Of a stretch of 64,000 nucleotides of DNA, positions 48,740-64,000 are shown piece after piece. Origin of the DNA: the human T2T-CHM13v2.0 reference genome, Homo sapiens; the NCBI RefSeq assembly GCF_009914755.1, contig NC_060943.1; one strand, given 5' to 3'. Every line of letters starts with the position of its first letter. Positions within the stretch are counted from its first letter, which is position 1. Under the pieces are notes generated by a model. The model did not search any database. It had not been told where the DNA came from and saw nothing but the letters and a program-made list of their open reading frames with translations. Position numbers and translations under genes: made by a program.

Positions 48740-49719
48740 GATGCCCTGTAGAGAGAAGAGGCGCATAGGGGAAGGTCAGACACCAGACACCGTAGTGCTG
48801 GCTCATATCCCACTTTCTCAGGCCTATTGAGTTGTTAGTGATTTTTAATCATCGGAATCTCAGTTTACTGATGTATAAAATGAAGGCTGTCTGAATCCTA
48901 CAAGTTTAAGAAGGTGAGTACATATACGATTAAGAAAATAAGATCTGGCGTTACGTACAGCTAGATTTAAATCTCACTTACTTGCCTGTTGTGGCCTCAA
49001 ACAGTGAATTTACATCCATGAGAATCAATTTCCTCATCTGCCAAGTACGGATCCTAACTCAAGTTCCTCTAAGCCTTAAAACTGTTCTTCCACAATATTA
49101 ATTTCTTCAAACATGGAGCACGAAAGACAAGTGTGGAGCACAGAGACCTGGATTGGAAGTAGGGAACCCCAAATCTGAATTCTGTATTGGAAACTGCTCA
49201 GCTGCGTGATCATGGGAAGTGATCTGAATGAGTCAATTCTCAGGGCCTCAGTTTCCTCATCTGTAAAATAGGGACTGTAAAAAAATACTTCTCACCACCT
49301 CTGTCAAGGAGATGCCACGTATCTATAGGGCCCACCACACCGGAAGTGCTTAATGAACAAGAGTTGTGTTTGTTTTTTGTTAGAGACAGGGTCTCGCTCT
49401 GTCGCCCAGGGCTGAGTGCAGCAGCGCTATCACAGCTCACTGCAGTCTCGAAGTCCTGGGCTCAAGCGATCCTCCCGCCTCAGCTTCCTGAGTAGCTGGG
49501 ATTACCACCACACCCGGCCTCGATCAAGAGTTAATTGCCAGTTATTCGCTCAACAGATTTACTGAGTGCCTACTATATTCGAAATCTCCTGGAGCCCTGT
49601 TGGGGAACCTATGTTGAGATTCTTCTTCAACAGTCGGGATATTTCTATGTCCTCTTCCTTAACCGACTGGGAGCGCTCCCAAGAGTAGGAAAGGGGCCTG
49701 TCTCATTCCCTCTGCCCAC

Positions 49720-51560
49720 GCTTTCAGATTCCCCCAAAGCGCGCCCCATAGGAAAACTTGCTAGAACTCAGCTCAGACCAAGCCCCGCCCCCTCGGAGGT
49801 CCCACTCAATCAGACCGCGACACTGTAAGGCCCCGCCCCCCCATGGGTCCTTACAGAGCATCCAGGAACGCCCCAATTTGGCCCAGGGGCTTCTGGGAAA
49901 CGGGGGCCAACAGCCGCCAGGTACACGAATTGACGTCGAGCACGCACTACAATCCCCAGAGGGCTCCGCACGTCCAGGGGACGAGCCACCCCCCTCACCC
50001 CGCTCTCCCTCAGGGCATGCGCACAGGGGCACAGGCGGGTGGGGGAAGGGAACCTGGACGTCCAGCTGCCGGCGCCTGCCGAGCCCCGCCCTCCATTGCC
50101 TCCGGGGCCGCGAGTCTGAGCTCCAGGCCCGGAACACCCCTCCCCCACCCCAGACTCCGGCTCTAAATTTGCTTTCTCCCGGTCCCTCTGTTCCTTGAAA
50201 GTCCGCGATTCTCCTTCCAAACTGCCCTTGGATCCAGAGACCCAGATCCGAACACATCGCTCAAAGACGACAATGCTCCGATCTAGTTCGGGAGACTACG
50301 TATCCTAATTCTGATACTTCCTCCCACTTCTCCTAGTCTCCTGACTTTCAAACGCCCCTGGACTTCACCTCCAAACTCGCTGTCCGGCTCCAAGACCCGA
50401 ACATTGAACTCTTCCCGGCAACCCCCTTCCCCCGCCAGTGCGTCTTGGAGTCCCAAGAATCCTTGACCCTAGTTCTCTCGCTTCTCCAAATACTCAGAAT
50501 CTCAGCTCCGTACCTCTCACACCTTTTCCAGAACACGATAAAGCCCCGAATTCAACCCGTCCGGAAGACCCAAGTGGAATCGAATCTCCAGGTTCCCTGT
50601 CTCAAAAGTTCCTCCCCTCTGTTCTCTCGCTTCTCCAAAAGCCCAACGTCCCAGCTTCAAACTCCCTCCACTTGAAAATACTGCCCCAACAACCTCGCCT
50701 CCCCTCCTGGGTCTTGAACTCAGTCTCAGGTCCCCAGACCCTCCCTATCATCACCCTGAATCTGAGGCCCCCTCCCCCGGTCCCACCCAGACCCCGCCTC
50801 CGCAAGTCCCCGGGGCGCGCTTCTCTCTCCCCCAGCCTAAGGTAAATTCCCAAGCCAGGCGACCACTCCTCACCGCAGCTGCCAGGTTCGCCACGACCAC
50901 CTCCTGGAACGCCCACAGCGTTGCGACCCGCCAGTGCCAGGACCCACCAGTGACCGGTTGGAGCCTCGCTCACCTCGGCGGGGCCTCTCCGTCTGGCCTC
51001 TGGCCCACCAGCCCCGCCCCGGAGCCGAGCCGCGAGCCGCGATTGGCTGGAGTCCCGCCCGCCGCGGGGCGTCGATTGGCTGGGCGGAGCCATCCGCCCG
51101 TGCCCCGAGACGCCGGATCCGCCCACCCCTCCCTAGCGCCCCGGGCCATTTAAAGAAGTGCAACTGGCAGGGGGCGGGGCAGCGCCTCCGGGGTGGAGGG
51201 CGGCCGGTCCAACAGAACCGCTTCCTTCCACTCAGCTACAGTCCTCGCTCCAAGATCGTCACCATTGCTCCCTGCGGTTCCTTTATGGTAGGCCTGGACT
51301 CCACCGTGGAGCCAGAGGGGCTGGCATGCCCCTCCCCAAGTCGCTGTGCAGGCGGGCGGGGCCGAGCAACCGGAGGAGGCCGCGCCCCCGGGGTTCCGAG
51401 GGAGGACGCTGGGGCGCGGGGGATGACGTAGCGGAAGACCAGCCAATAGAGTGGCGCGGCCCGCGTTGCCTAGGCGATCGTAGCCTCGCCCCCTTGCTGC
51501 CCCTCCCGCCCCCTATACGTTACCGCGCGGCCCCTTCTTAATCCTCAGGTTTTCTCAGCA
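49720..51560. promoter_or_regulatory. SERTAD3: SERTAD3 CpG-island promoter: twin CGATTGGCTGG CCAAT boxes (51040, 51073), GC boxes, RFX-like 51465-51478, internal ZNF143/NRF1/CRE-like cluster 49931-50023
   Basis: CpG density and literal motifs. Confidence 0.8.
50874..51035 (-). other. SERTAD3: SERTAD3 non-coding first exon region with two candidate donors (50974 and 50874)
   Basis: GAG|GTGAGC and GCG|GTGAGG just downstream of paired CCAAT boxes. Confidence 0.65.
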
Positions 51561-53583
51561 CGTCCTCTGGTGGTCCCACCTGGGTCTTCTGACACCCTCT
51601 TTCCTTCCCCGCTCCATCAAGATGACTCCTCTGCTACTGTTCATGGCTTCCTACCCACCCCGAATACAAACTTCAAACTCCTTCCTTTTGCCACAAAGCC
51701 CCTCACGACCTTGCTTGATGCGTTCTCCTGGTTCTCTCCGATCCTGCCCCATTGAGTCACTTCCAGTTTTTCTAAAATGGCTTCAAGCTCCCATTCACCC
51801 CATCAGGAAAACGAAAGGATTTTCTCTGTTTGTTTTCTTCCCTGCTTTACCCCAGTGTCTACAACAATGCCAGGTACATAATAAGTTCGCAAACATGACA
51901 ATAAAAGGCCTCTGGATCTTTATTATTAATATTATTTTTTGCCGGGCGCAGTGGCGCACGCCTGTAATCCCAGCACTTTGGGAGGCGGAGGCGGGCAGAT
52001 CACTTGAGGTCAGGAGTTTGAGACCAGCCTGGCCAACAATGGTGAAACCCCGTCTCTACTAAAAATACAAAAATTAGCTGGGCGTGGTGGCGCACGCTTG
52101 TAATCTCAGCCACTTGGGAGGCTGAGGCAGGAGAATCGCTTGAACCTGGGAGGTTGAGGTTGCAGTGAAGGCGAGATCGTGCCACTGCACTCCAGCCTGG
52201 GTGACAGAGAGATGGGGGAGGGGGGAGGGGGGTTTTCTTGTGTTGCCCAGGTTGGTTTTGAACTCCTGGCCTCAAGCAATCTTCTCGCCTCTGGATATTT
52301 AAACTTGTTTCCTCATCCTCAAAATATACCCTCAATTCCCAGGCTGCTTCTCAGAACACATTTCAAAGGTTTCCTCCTCTCCGAAGCCCTCCCTGGCAGT
52401 CCAGGTTGGGTTAGGATCCATTCTAGGATTCCATGGCCTCCTGTGCCGCCATCCCAGTCCTGGACTGTCAGTTACTATATGGACTGAGGAACGCCCCGCC
52501 GAGGGCAGGTACCAAGGATATCTCTGTCAACCACCTCTTGGTCTGCAGGATCACCTAGCACAGGGCTGGACACGTAGCAGGTCCCAGTGAAAGTTTGCTA
52601 AATGCTCAGGAATGTGACAGAAAAATAAGGCAGAAAGAAGACACTGCTAGTGTCCTGAAAGCCCACACCCGTAATGCTCCGCCCCTACAACGAGTTTCCC
52701 TAAGGGGAGGAGGCAGTTTTCTCCAGGCCACCTCTGGGAAGGGAGGTTTAAGCCTCCTCAGACCAGTTCTTGCCGGTTGGAGTTTGTCAACCAAGTCATC
52801 CTGATGTTTGCAGGATAAATGGGAGGGGAATAGGTAGGTGGGTGGTGTGGGTTGGAGGTAGGGAGAGAGAAGTGTCTTAGCTCACCCAGGCCTAGGGAAG
52901 GTGTCCCTGGGAAAAAAAGAAAGGGACAGTAGGTTCCAAAAAAGGACATAATTAGGAAGGAGCAATTCTTCCCCTTCCTCCTCCAAAACCTGCGCCTCCT
53001 ATAGGGTCCACAACTCAGGAAAGCCCTACTGCATTTGGGTTTTTGTTTTTGAGACGGGGTCCCACTCCGTCGTGGATGCTGGAGTGCAGTGGCGCACCTT
53101 GGCTCACTGCAGCCTCAGCCTCCCTCCTGAAGCACTAGTGTAACTCTGTCCCCGGGTTACAGCCGTATGCTTCTTTCTGATGCCTCCCCTCCACCCCTCA
53201 CCAACTGTCCACGCAGGCTCCCAGGCATTCCTCACACCCACTCTCTCCTCCCTTCCTTACAGTTCCTCCTCCAACTCCCTCTGGGCTATCAGCCTCCATT
53301 CCTGGACCCTTCCTTTCCACCTTCACAGAGTAGCCAAAGGAAGCTTCATAAAACACCCAACTGTCCCCCCTGCCTTACTTCTCTGGTGCTCCACTCCTTG
53401 CATAAATCCTCAAAATAAAGCACAAACTTTTTTTTATTTTCAGAGACAGGGTCTGGATCTGTCCTACAGGCTGGAGTGCAGTGGCCAGGCCTTGACCTCC
53501 TGGCCTCAAGCCATTCTCCCGCCTCAGCCTCCTGAGTATCTGGGACTACAGGTACACACCACCATGCCCAGCTAAGTTTTTAA

Positions 53584-54057
<474 letters not shown>

Positions 54058-54481
54058 TAATCCCAGCACTTTGGGAGGCGAGGCAGGCGGATCATGAGGT
54101 CAGGAGATCAAGACCATCCTGGCTAACACAGTGAAACCCTGTCTCTACTAAAAATACAAAAAATTAGCTGGGTGTGGTAGTGGGCGCCTGTAGTCCCAGC
54201 TACTGGGGAGGCTGAGGCAGGAGAATGGTGTGAACCTGGGAGGTGGAGCTTGCAGTGAGCCAGATTGCGCCACTGCACTCCAGCCTGGGCGACAGAGCAA
54301 GACTCGGTCTCAAAAAAATAAAAAAATAAAAATAAACTGTTACTGAACAAATGAATGAATGCATAACAAGCAAATCTTACACAGAGGCAGGCAGACACAC
54401 CAAAATACTCAGACAGAGGCAGAGAGAGGAAGAGTCACACAGTCGGTTTCTCTAGAGTAATTTGAAGCTCTTGGCTCAACA

Positions 54482-54487
54482 TTTATT
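54482..54487 (-). terminator. BLVRB: BLVRB poly(A) signal AATAAA
   Basis: tttatt about 60 nt past the stop. Confidence 0.85.
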
Positions 54488-54546
54488 GCCCCCTTCCTTT
54501 GCTCCTCATGTCCCAGAATGCCACCCTCCCAGATGGGGACAGAGTG

Positions 54547-54819
<273 letters not shown>

Positions 54820-55265
54820 TCACAGCCAAGAATGGACTTTCCATATGCAGGTGCTCATCTATATCCTTTGCTTCATTCATTCGATAAATCCTTATTGATT
54901 ACCTATTGTGTGGCCAGGTGCTGGGCACCCAAGCAAGGGACAAAGCAGACAGGAATCCCCTGCCCTGGCCAGTGGCGGTGGCTCATGCCTGTAATCCTGG
55001 CACTTTGGGAGGCTGAGACAGGAGTATCACTCAAGCCCAGGAGTTTGAAACTATCCTGGGCAACACAGGGAGACCCTGAGTCCACTAAAAATACAAAAAT
55101 CAGCCGGGTGCAGTGGCATGCCCCTGTAGTCCCAACTACTCAGGAGGCTGAGGCTGGAGAATTGCTTGAGCCAGGGAAGTTGAAGCTACAGTGAGCCATG
55201 ATCGTGACACTGCACTCCAGCCGGGACGACAGAGCAAGACCTTGTCTCTAACAACAACAACAACA

Positions 55266-55312
<47 letters not shown>

Positions 55313-55869
55313 CAGATAGATATATATCTGTCTATCTGACAGTAACCAACTAAACTTAGGGATACAATGTACCATCACCCAAACAGAGACAGGCTGGAAT
55401 TATGCACAGTATGGAACACACACCCTTGGCTGTGTGTTTGCTTGGGACAAAGCAGACAGGAAGCTCCTGCCCTGGCTGGGCACAGTGGCTCACGCCTGTA
55501 ATCTCAGCACTTCGGGAGGCCAAGGTGGGAGGATCACTTGAGCTCAGGAGTTTGAGACCAGCCAACATGGCAAAACCACATCTCTACAAAAAATGCAAAA
55601 ATTCGCTGAGTGTGGTGGCTTATGCCTGTAGTCCCAGCTACTTGGGCAGGAGAATCACTTGAGCCCAGAAGGCGGAGGTTGCAGTGAGCCAAGATTGTGC
55701 CATTGCGCTCCAGCCTGGGCTACAGAGGGAGACCCTGTCTCAAAAAAAAAAAAGGAACACACACCTTCACCCATGTGACATTCCTGCCCAACATGTTTAA
55801 TCTGAATCTGTGACAAAACAGCTAGAAAAATCCAGAATGTGGGCCTTTAAAGTCACCTGGCCTGGTTAA

Positions 55870-56243
<374 letters not shown>

Positions 56244-56808
56244 TAAATGATATGACAGAGTAAATGTCACTTTCCTTAGGTGTGAGCATGTTTTGTGTGC
56301 AAATATCTTTCTTTTAGGAGATGGCTGTCTAGGTATTTAGGAGTGAAGTGCGACAATGTTGCAATTCCTCTCAAATGATTAAGCCAAATATACATATGCA
56401 TATATGTTTTCACAATATATTCAGCAAAATCTAACTATATATTCATGGAGAGAGAGAGAGGAGGAGAGAGGGAGAGACAACAGGATAAAATGCTAAGCAT
56501 TGAACCTAAACAAAGGGCTTATGTGTATTCATAAACCTTTAATGCTTTCAAATCGGGAGGTGTGGAAGTTTTCACACACTTGGCTGGGCGTGGTGGCTCA
56601 CGCCTGTAATCCCAGCACTTTGGGAGGCCAAGGTGGGCGGATCACGAGGTCAAGAGATCGAGACCATCTTGGCCAATATGGTGAAACCCCGTCTCTACTA
56701 AAAATACAAAAATTAGCTGGGCGTGGTGGCACGCGCCTGTAGTCCCAGCTATTCGGGGGGCTGAGGCAGGAGAATCACTTGAACCCAGGAGGCAAAAGGT
56801 TGCAGTGA

Positions 56809-56961
<153 letters not shown>

Positions 56962-57504
56962 TGAGACCATCCTGGCTAACACTGTGAAACCCCGTCTCTA
57001 TTAAAAAATACAAAAAATTAGCCAGGTGTGGTGGCAGGCGCCTGTAGTCCCAGCTACTCGGGAGGCTGGGCAGGAGAATGGGGTTTCACCATGTTAGCCA
57101 GGATGGTCTCGATCTCCTGACCTTGTGATCTGCCCGCCTCGGCCTCTCAAAGTGCTGGGATTACAGGCGTGAGCCACCGCACCCGGCCATTAATATCTAT
57201 CTTTTCTTGTCTTTTTCTTTTTTTTTTTAGACAGGGTCTCACTCTATTACCCAGGCTGGAGTACAGCAGCCTGGGCAACAGTTTATTGCAGCCTTGATCT
57301 CCTGGGCTCAAGCCATCCTCCCGCCTCCCAGTAGCTGGGACCACAGGTGTGTGCCACGACGCCCAGCTAATTTTTTTTTTTTTTTTGTAGAGATAAGTCT
57401 ATGTTGCCCAGGCTGGTCTCAAACTCCTGGGCTGAAGAAATCCTCCCGTCTTGGCTTCCCAAAGTGATGAGATTACAGGTGTGAACCACCATGCCTGGCC
57501 TATG

Positions 57505-57554
<50 letters not shown>

Positions 57555-57609
57555 ATCTCTATCTCCCATACTAGAAATGTAAGCCATCCCAGCTACTCAG
57601 GAGGCTGAA

Positions 57610-58400
<791 letters not shown>

Positions 58401-59586
58401 TGATCCACCCTCCTCCACCTCCCAAAGTGCTGGAATTACAGGCATGAGCCATTGTGCACAGCCAAGGGCTCGCTTGTCTTGATGCCAGGACAAAACCCTG
58501 CCATGGCTGACCATTGCTTTCCAGTTGCAAAAACAGGGGAGTCCTCTGGGGCTCCTCTTTCCCTCACACCCCAGGTAAGAGCTGTCTGCTGATCACAATA
58601 ATTCCAAATCTGACCTCTTCTCACTCCGCCTGGTCCTGTCCACTGTTACCTCTTGCCTGGACCAGCCCAGCAGCCTACTCCCTGGTCTCTCAGCCCCTCC
58701 TTCCCTCCTCCCAAGGAGCCCGTGAACACCCCTATCAGTTCACATCCATAGCTCCATCTCACTCAGGGTAGAAGCAAAGTCCCCATGGCCAGCCCTCAAG
58801 GCCCCACCTGATATGGCCCCATCAGCCCTCTGACGTCCTTGCCTACTCTGCCTACCACTCTCTCTTACACGCCTCTGCTCCAGCCAGGTTCTGCCTCCCA
58901 GCCTTGGCAATGTCTGATTCCTCTGCCCCTGATGCATTTCCCTCTCTTTTTTATTTTCTCTGAGACAGGGTCTCATTCTGTTGTCCAGGCTGGAGGACAG
59001 TGGCGTGAACACGGCTCACTGCAGCCTTGACTTTCTGGGCTGAAGTGATCCTCCTGCCTTAGCCTCCTGAGGAGCTGGGACCACAGGGGTGAGCCACCAA
59101 ACCCCACTATTTTTTTTTTTTTTTGAGACAGAGTTTCCTTCCCTCTTGCCACCCAGGCTGCAGTGCAATGGCATGATACCGGCCAAGCCTGGCTAATTTA
59201 AAAAATTTTTTTAGGCCGGGTCTGGTGGCTAACCCCTGTAATCCCAGCACTTTGGGAGACTGAGGAGGCCAGATCGCCTGAGGTTAGGAGTTCGAGACCA
59301 GCCTGGCCAACATGGTGAAACCCCATCTCTAGTAAAAATACAAAAGTTAGCTGGGCATGGTGGTGCATGCCCGTAGTCCTAGCTACTCAGGAGGCTGAAG
59401 CTGGAGAATTGCTGGAACCCTTGAGGCGGAGGTTGCAGTGAGCTGAGATCGCGCCACGGCACTCCAGCTTGGGAGACAGAGCAAGACTCCATCTCAAAAA
59501 CAAAGCAGAACAAAACAAAACAAAAAAAAAAAACACAAAAATTAGCCAGGTGTCGTGGTGCATGCCTGTAATCCCAGCTATTCTCA

Positions 59587-59772
<186 letters not shown>

Positions 59773-61173
59773 TTAAGCGATCCTTCCATCTCGACCTCCT
59801 AAAATGCTGCGATTACAGGTGTGACCCAGGACCCTTTGCCATTTCCCTCTCGTAGCCACATGGCTCCCTGTTTTCTTTGCAGACTTTGCTCAAAGGTCAC
59901 CTTTCCATGCAGCTTTTCTTGACTGTCCTGTTTAAAATTGCAAAATCCTGTCTCCCCCAGCCCAGTTTACCAATCCCTTTTCTTGGGGCCTTGTTTTCTC
60001 CCTAGGACCCTTCCCCTGCCACCACACGCTAGAGTTATCCTGTGACTCTATCACATTTCCTGCTCCAATCCCAGCCCTTAGAAGCATCTGGAACATTGTA
60101 GGTACTTACTAAATATTTGTTCAGGAATTAGCTTTCAACAAGCTATAACTTGGCCAAGCTACACCAGCTGACATTTATAGAACTTTTACCTCAAGCCAAG
60201 AACTATGCTAAATATTTTTAGGAGCAGTTTGGTGAATAGTTAAAGAGCTTGGGTTTTGCCTAAAGTCAAGTACTGGATCGACCACTGGCCAGCTTCTTGT
60301 TTCCTCATGTGCAAACTGGGATGATATAAATTGTTCAAAGGCTGGGCAGAGTGGCTCACACCTGTAATCCCAGCACTTTGGGAGGCTGAGGTAGGAGGAT
60401 CAGTTGAGCCCAGCAGTTCTAGACTCACCTGGGTACGATGGTGAGACCTGTCTCTACAGAAAATTAAAAAATTAGCCAGGCGTGGGGACCTGTGGTCTTA
60501 GCTGCTTAGAAGGCTGAGGCGAGAGGATCGCTTGAGCTCAGGAGTTCGAGGCTGCAGTGAGCTGTGATTGCACCGCTGCACTCCAGCCTGGACAACAGAG
60601 CAAGACCTTGTCTCAACAAAAAGAAATAAATAAATAGTTTGAGTAATGTTAGTGGTTATAAAAAGGTGTGTCACAGAGACCAGCCTGGGCAACAAAGCCA
60701 GACTCTGTCGCAACAAAAAAATTTTAAAAATTAGAGGGGCATGGTGGCACATGCCTGTGGTCTCAGCTACTCAGGAGGATCCCTTGAGCCTAGGAGTTGG
60801 AGGCGGTAGCGAGCTATGATGACATCATTCTCACTGCAACCTCCACCTACAAGTTTCAAGTGATTCTCCTGCCTAAGCCTCCTGAGTAGCTGGGATTACA
60901 GGCGTGTGCCACCACACCTGGCTAGTTTTTGTATTTTTGGTAGAGACGGGGTTTCACCGTGTTGGCCAGGCTGGTCTCGAACTCCTGACCTCAAGCGATC
61001 CACCTGCCTTAGCCTCCTAAAGTGCTGGGATTACAGCGTGAGCCACTGCGCCTGGTCTAGGATTTCCTCTTTACAGATGAGAAAACTGCGGTGCAGAGTG
61101 TGAAGTGGGTTTTTGTCTGCAGCCTCCAGTCTCCAGTTCACAATCTCAAATCCAGTCTCTAACTTACCCCTAG

Positions 61174-61387
<214 letters not shown>

Positions 61388-61404
61388 TAGCCAGGATGGT
61401 CTCA

Positions 61405-61569
<165 letters not shown>

Positions 61570-62165
61570 CTAGGCTCAAAGGATCCTCCTACCTAAGCTT
61601 CCCAAGTAGTGGGGACCACAGGTGTGTACCACCACACCCAGCTAATTTTTTGTATTTTTTTTTGTAGAGATGGAGTTTTGCTGTGTTGCCCAGACTGGTC
61701 CTGCACTCCTGGACTCAAGCAATCCGCCCACCTTGGCCTCTCAAAGTGCTAGGATTACAGGCGTGAGCCACTGTGCCTGGCCTTACTCTGGGTTTCTTTC
61801 TAATCCTCTCAGATGCCTCCATAAAAAACAATCCTCCCCAAGCCCTAATGGATAAACTCCAAGCTCCTTAGATGACAAAAATCTTTCTAATCTTTTACCT
61901 TGACATTTGAATATGGAGGGAAGATTAAACTCTAATAATTAGAGGCTGGAAGATAATTAAAGTGTGACAATAGCACTGTGGTGCTGGAAGAGAAAAGTCC
62001 TTTTTCTTGGGACTTGCCGAAGGTGTCTGTGGGTGTGCAACTCCATTTCAAATAGTTTAGGAAGTCTGGGCGCAGTGGCTCATGCCTGTAATCCAGCACT
62101 TTGGGAGGCCAGATCACTTGAGGTCAGACCAGCCTGCCCAATATGGTGAAACCCCATCTATACTA

Positions 62166-62423
<258 letters not shown>

Positions 62424-64000
62424 TTACAAAACACAATCACAATTTTAAAATCAGGAATATGGCTGTTGGCCAGGTGCAGTGGCTCAGGTGTAATCCCAGC
62501 ACTTTGGGAGGCTGAGGCTGGTGGATCGCTTGAGTCCGGGAGTTCGGGACCAGCCTGGGCAACATGGCGAAACTCTATCTCTACCAAAAATACAAAAATT
62601 AGCCAGCCTTATAACCCGGTCTCAAAATAAATAAATAAATAGATAGATAGCTACAAACTTAAAAATAAAAAAAGAAAAGGAATATGGTTGTTCACACGAC
62701 TATTAACTTTTCTGTTTAAAAATTTTTATAATAAAAAGTTAAAAAGTATATTGAGGACCTACACATTGAAGTAAGCAGCCATGATGTATGTAAGCTAACT
62801 TCAAATGGGTCAGAAAAAAAACATTGTGTGTCTGTGAACAGAGGACGGTAGGTGTACTGGTGTCCTTTCAATTTTTCTGTAAGTTTAAGATCATTTCCAG
62901 ATAAAAAGTTAAGCTGGACTCAATGGCTCATACCTGTTGCCCCAGCTATTTGAGGGGCTAAAGTGAGGGGATTCCTTGAGCCCAGGGGTTCAAGGGTACA
63001 ATGAGCTATGATCAGGCCACTGCACTCCAGCCTGGGTGACAGAGCGAGACCTTGTCTCTATGTTTGTTTTTTTTTTAATGAAAAAAAAAATCCTGGCACA
63101 CCTAAGACTTCAATATTTAGAAAACAATCTAAACAAAAAAAAATGAGAAAAAAGAAAGCAAATTAAATCAATTTTACAGGTTTGTCTTTTTCATGGAAGC
63201 AAAACTTAACCAGTTAAATTGGTTTTTAAGACATGGGAGAGTCTGGACGTGGTGGCTTATACCTGTAATCTCAGCACTTTGGAAGGCTGAGGTGGGAGGA
63301 CTGCTTGAGGCCAGGAGTTCAACATCAGCCTGGCCAACATGGCAAAACCTTGTCTCTACCAAAAATACAAAAATTAGCAGGGCATGGTGGCAGGCGCCGG
63401 TAATCCCAGCTACTCAGGAGGCTGGGGCAGGAGAATCACTGTGGGCCACGATCTTGGTCCCAGGCACCATGAACCCGGGAGGTGGAGTGGCGGTTGCAGT
63501 GAGCTGATACCACGCCACTGCACTCCAGCCTGGGCAATGGAGTCAGACTTCATCTCAAAGAAAAAAAGACATGGGAGAAAAAAACAAAACTAAAATTAAC
63601 AGCAGACCATTCCAATCTGCGAACAAAAGTAAGACCTTGTCTCTACAAAAATATCAAAAAATTAGCCAGGTGTGGTGGTGCATGCCTGTAGTCCCAGCCG
63701 CTTGGGAGGCTGCAGTGGGGAGGATCACTTGAACCCAGACTGAGGCTGCAGTGAGCCATGGTTGCACCACTGCACTCCAGCCTGGGTGACAGAAAGTCTC
63801 AAAAAAAAAAAAAAAAGTGAACCATTCTGAAATCGCAAGTTTACTCGTGTATTACTTTTCCATTTCAAAGCTTGAGGAAAAAAGCCATAAATGATTTTGC
63901 TTCCTACCCTCCAACTAGGTCTGGCCTCCAGGCCTCTTTGCTTGCTTTGTCCTCTGCCTGGAGTGTAATTACAATCATCAGGCAGCCCTCCCTCATGCCA

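Noticed and set aside
48911-48919. Perfect plus-strand donor AAG|GTGAGT in the SERTAD3 intron
   Set aside because: A single 9-mer with no supportable partner exon or promoter

Overview
Human-type genomic DNA from the PRX-SERTAD1-SERTAD3-BLVRB cluster (19q13.2 by recall), very Alu-rich, with all four genes on the minus strand. PRX is complete: 7 exons reconstructed from GT-AG sites give 1461-aa L-periaxin, and intron-6 retention gives 147-aa S-periaxin. SERTAD1 (236 aa) and SERTAD3 (196 aa) are complete, each with one coding exon. Only the last two BLVRB exons are present. I see no wholly new gene system. The strongest signal is that the PRX '5' UTR' exons 2-4 are stop-free and in frame with the CDS, and an upstream alternative first exon (ATG 21376, donor 21334) splices in phase to add a 95-aa N-terminus beginning MWGYLCSLC (1556 aa total). 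Also notable: a U2 snRNA 5' fragment retroposed into an Alu, several templated-duplication scars (34 kb/38 kb inverted, 39 kb/63 kb direct, 55 kb composite insertion), tightly spaced inverted Alu pairs, a SERTAD1 uORF, and candidate SOX10/EGR2, CRE, ETS/MEF2, CTCF and ISRE elements. All coordinates were read by eye; TSS positions and repeat boundaries are approximate.
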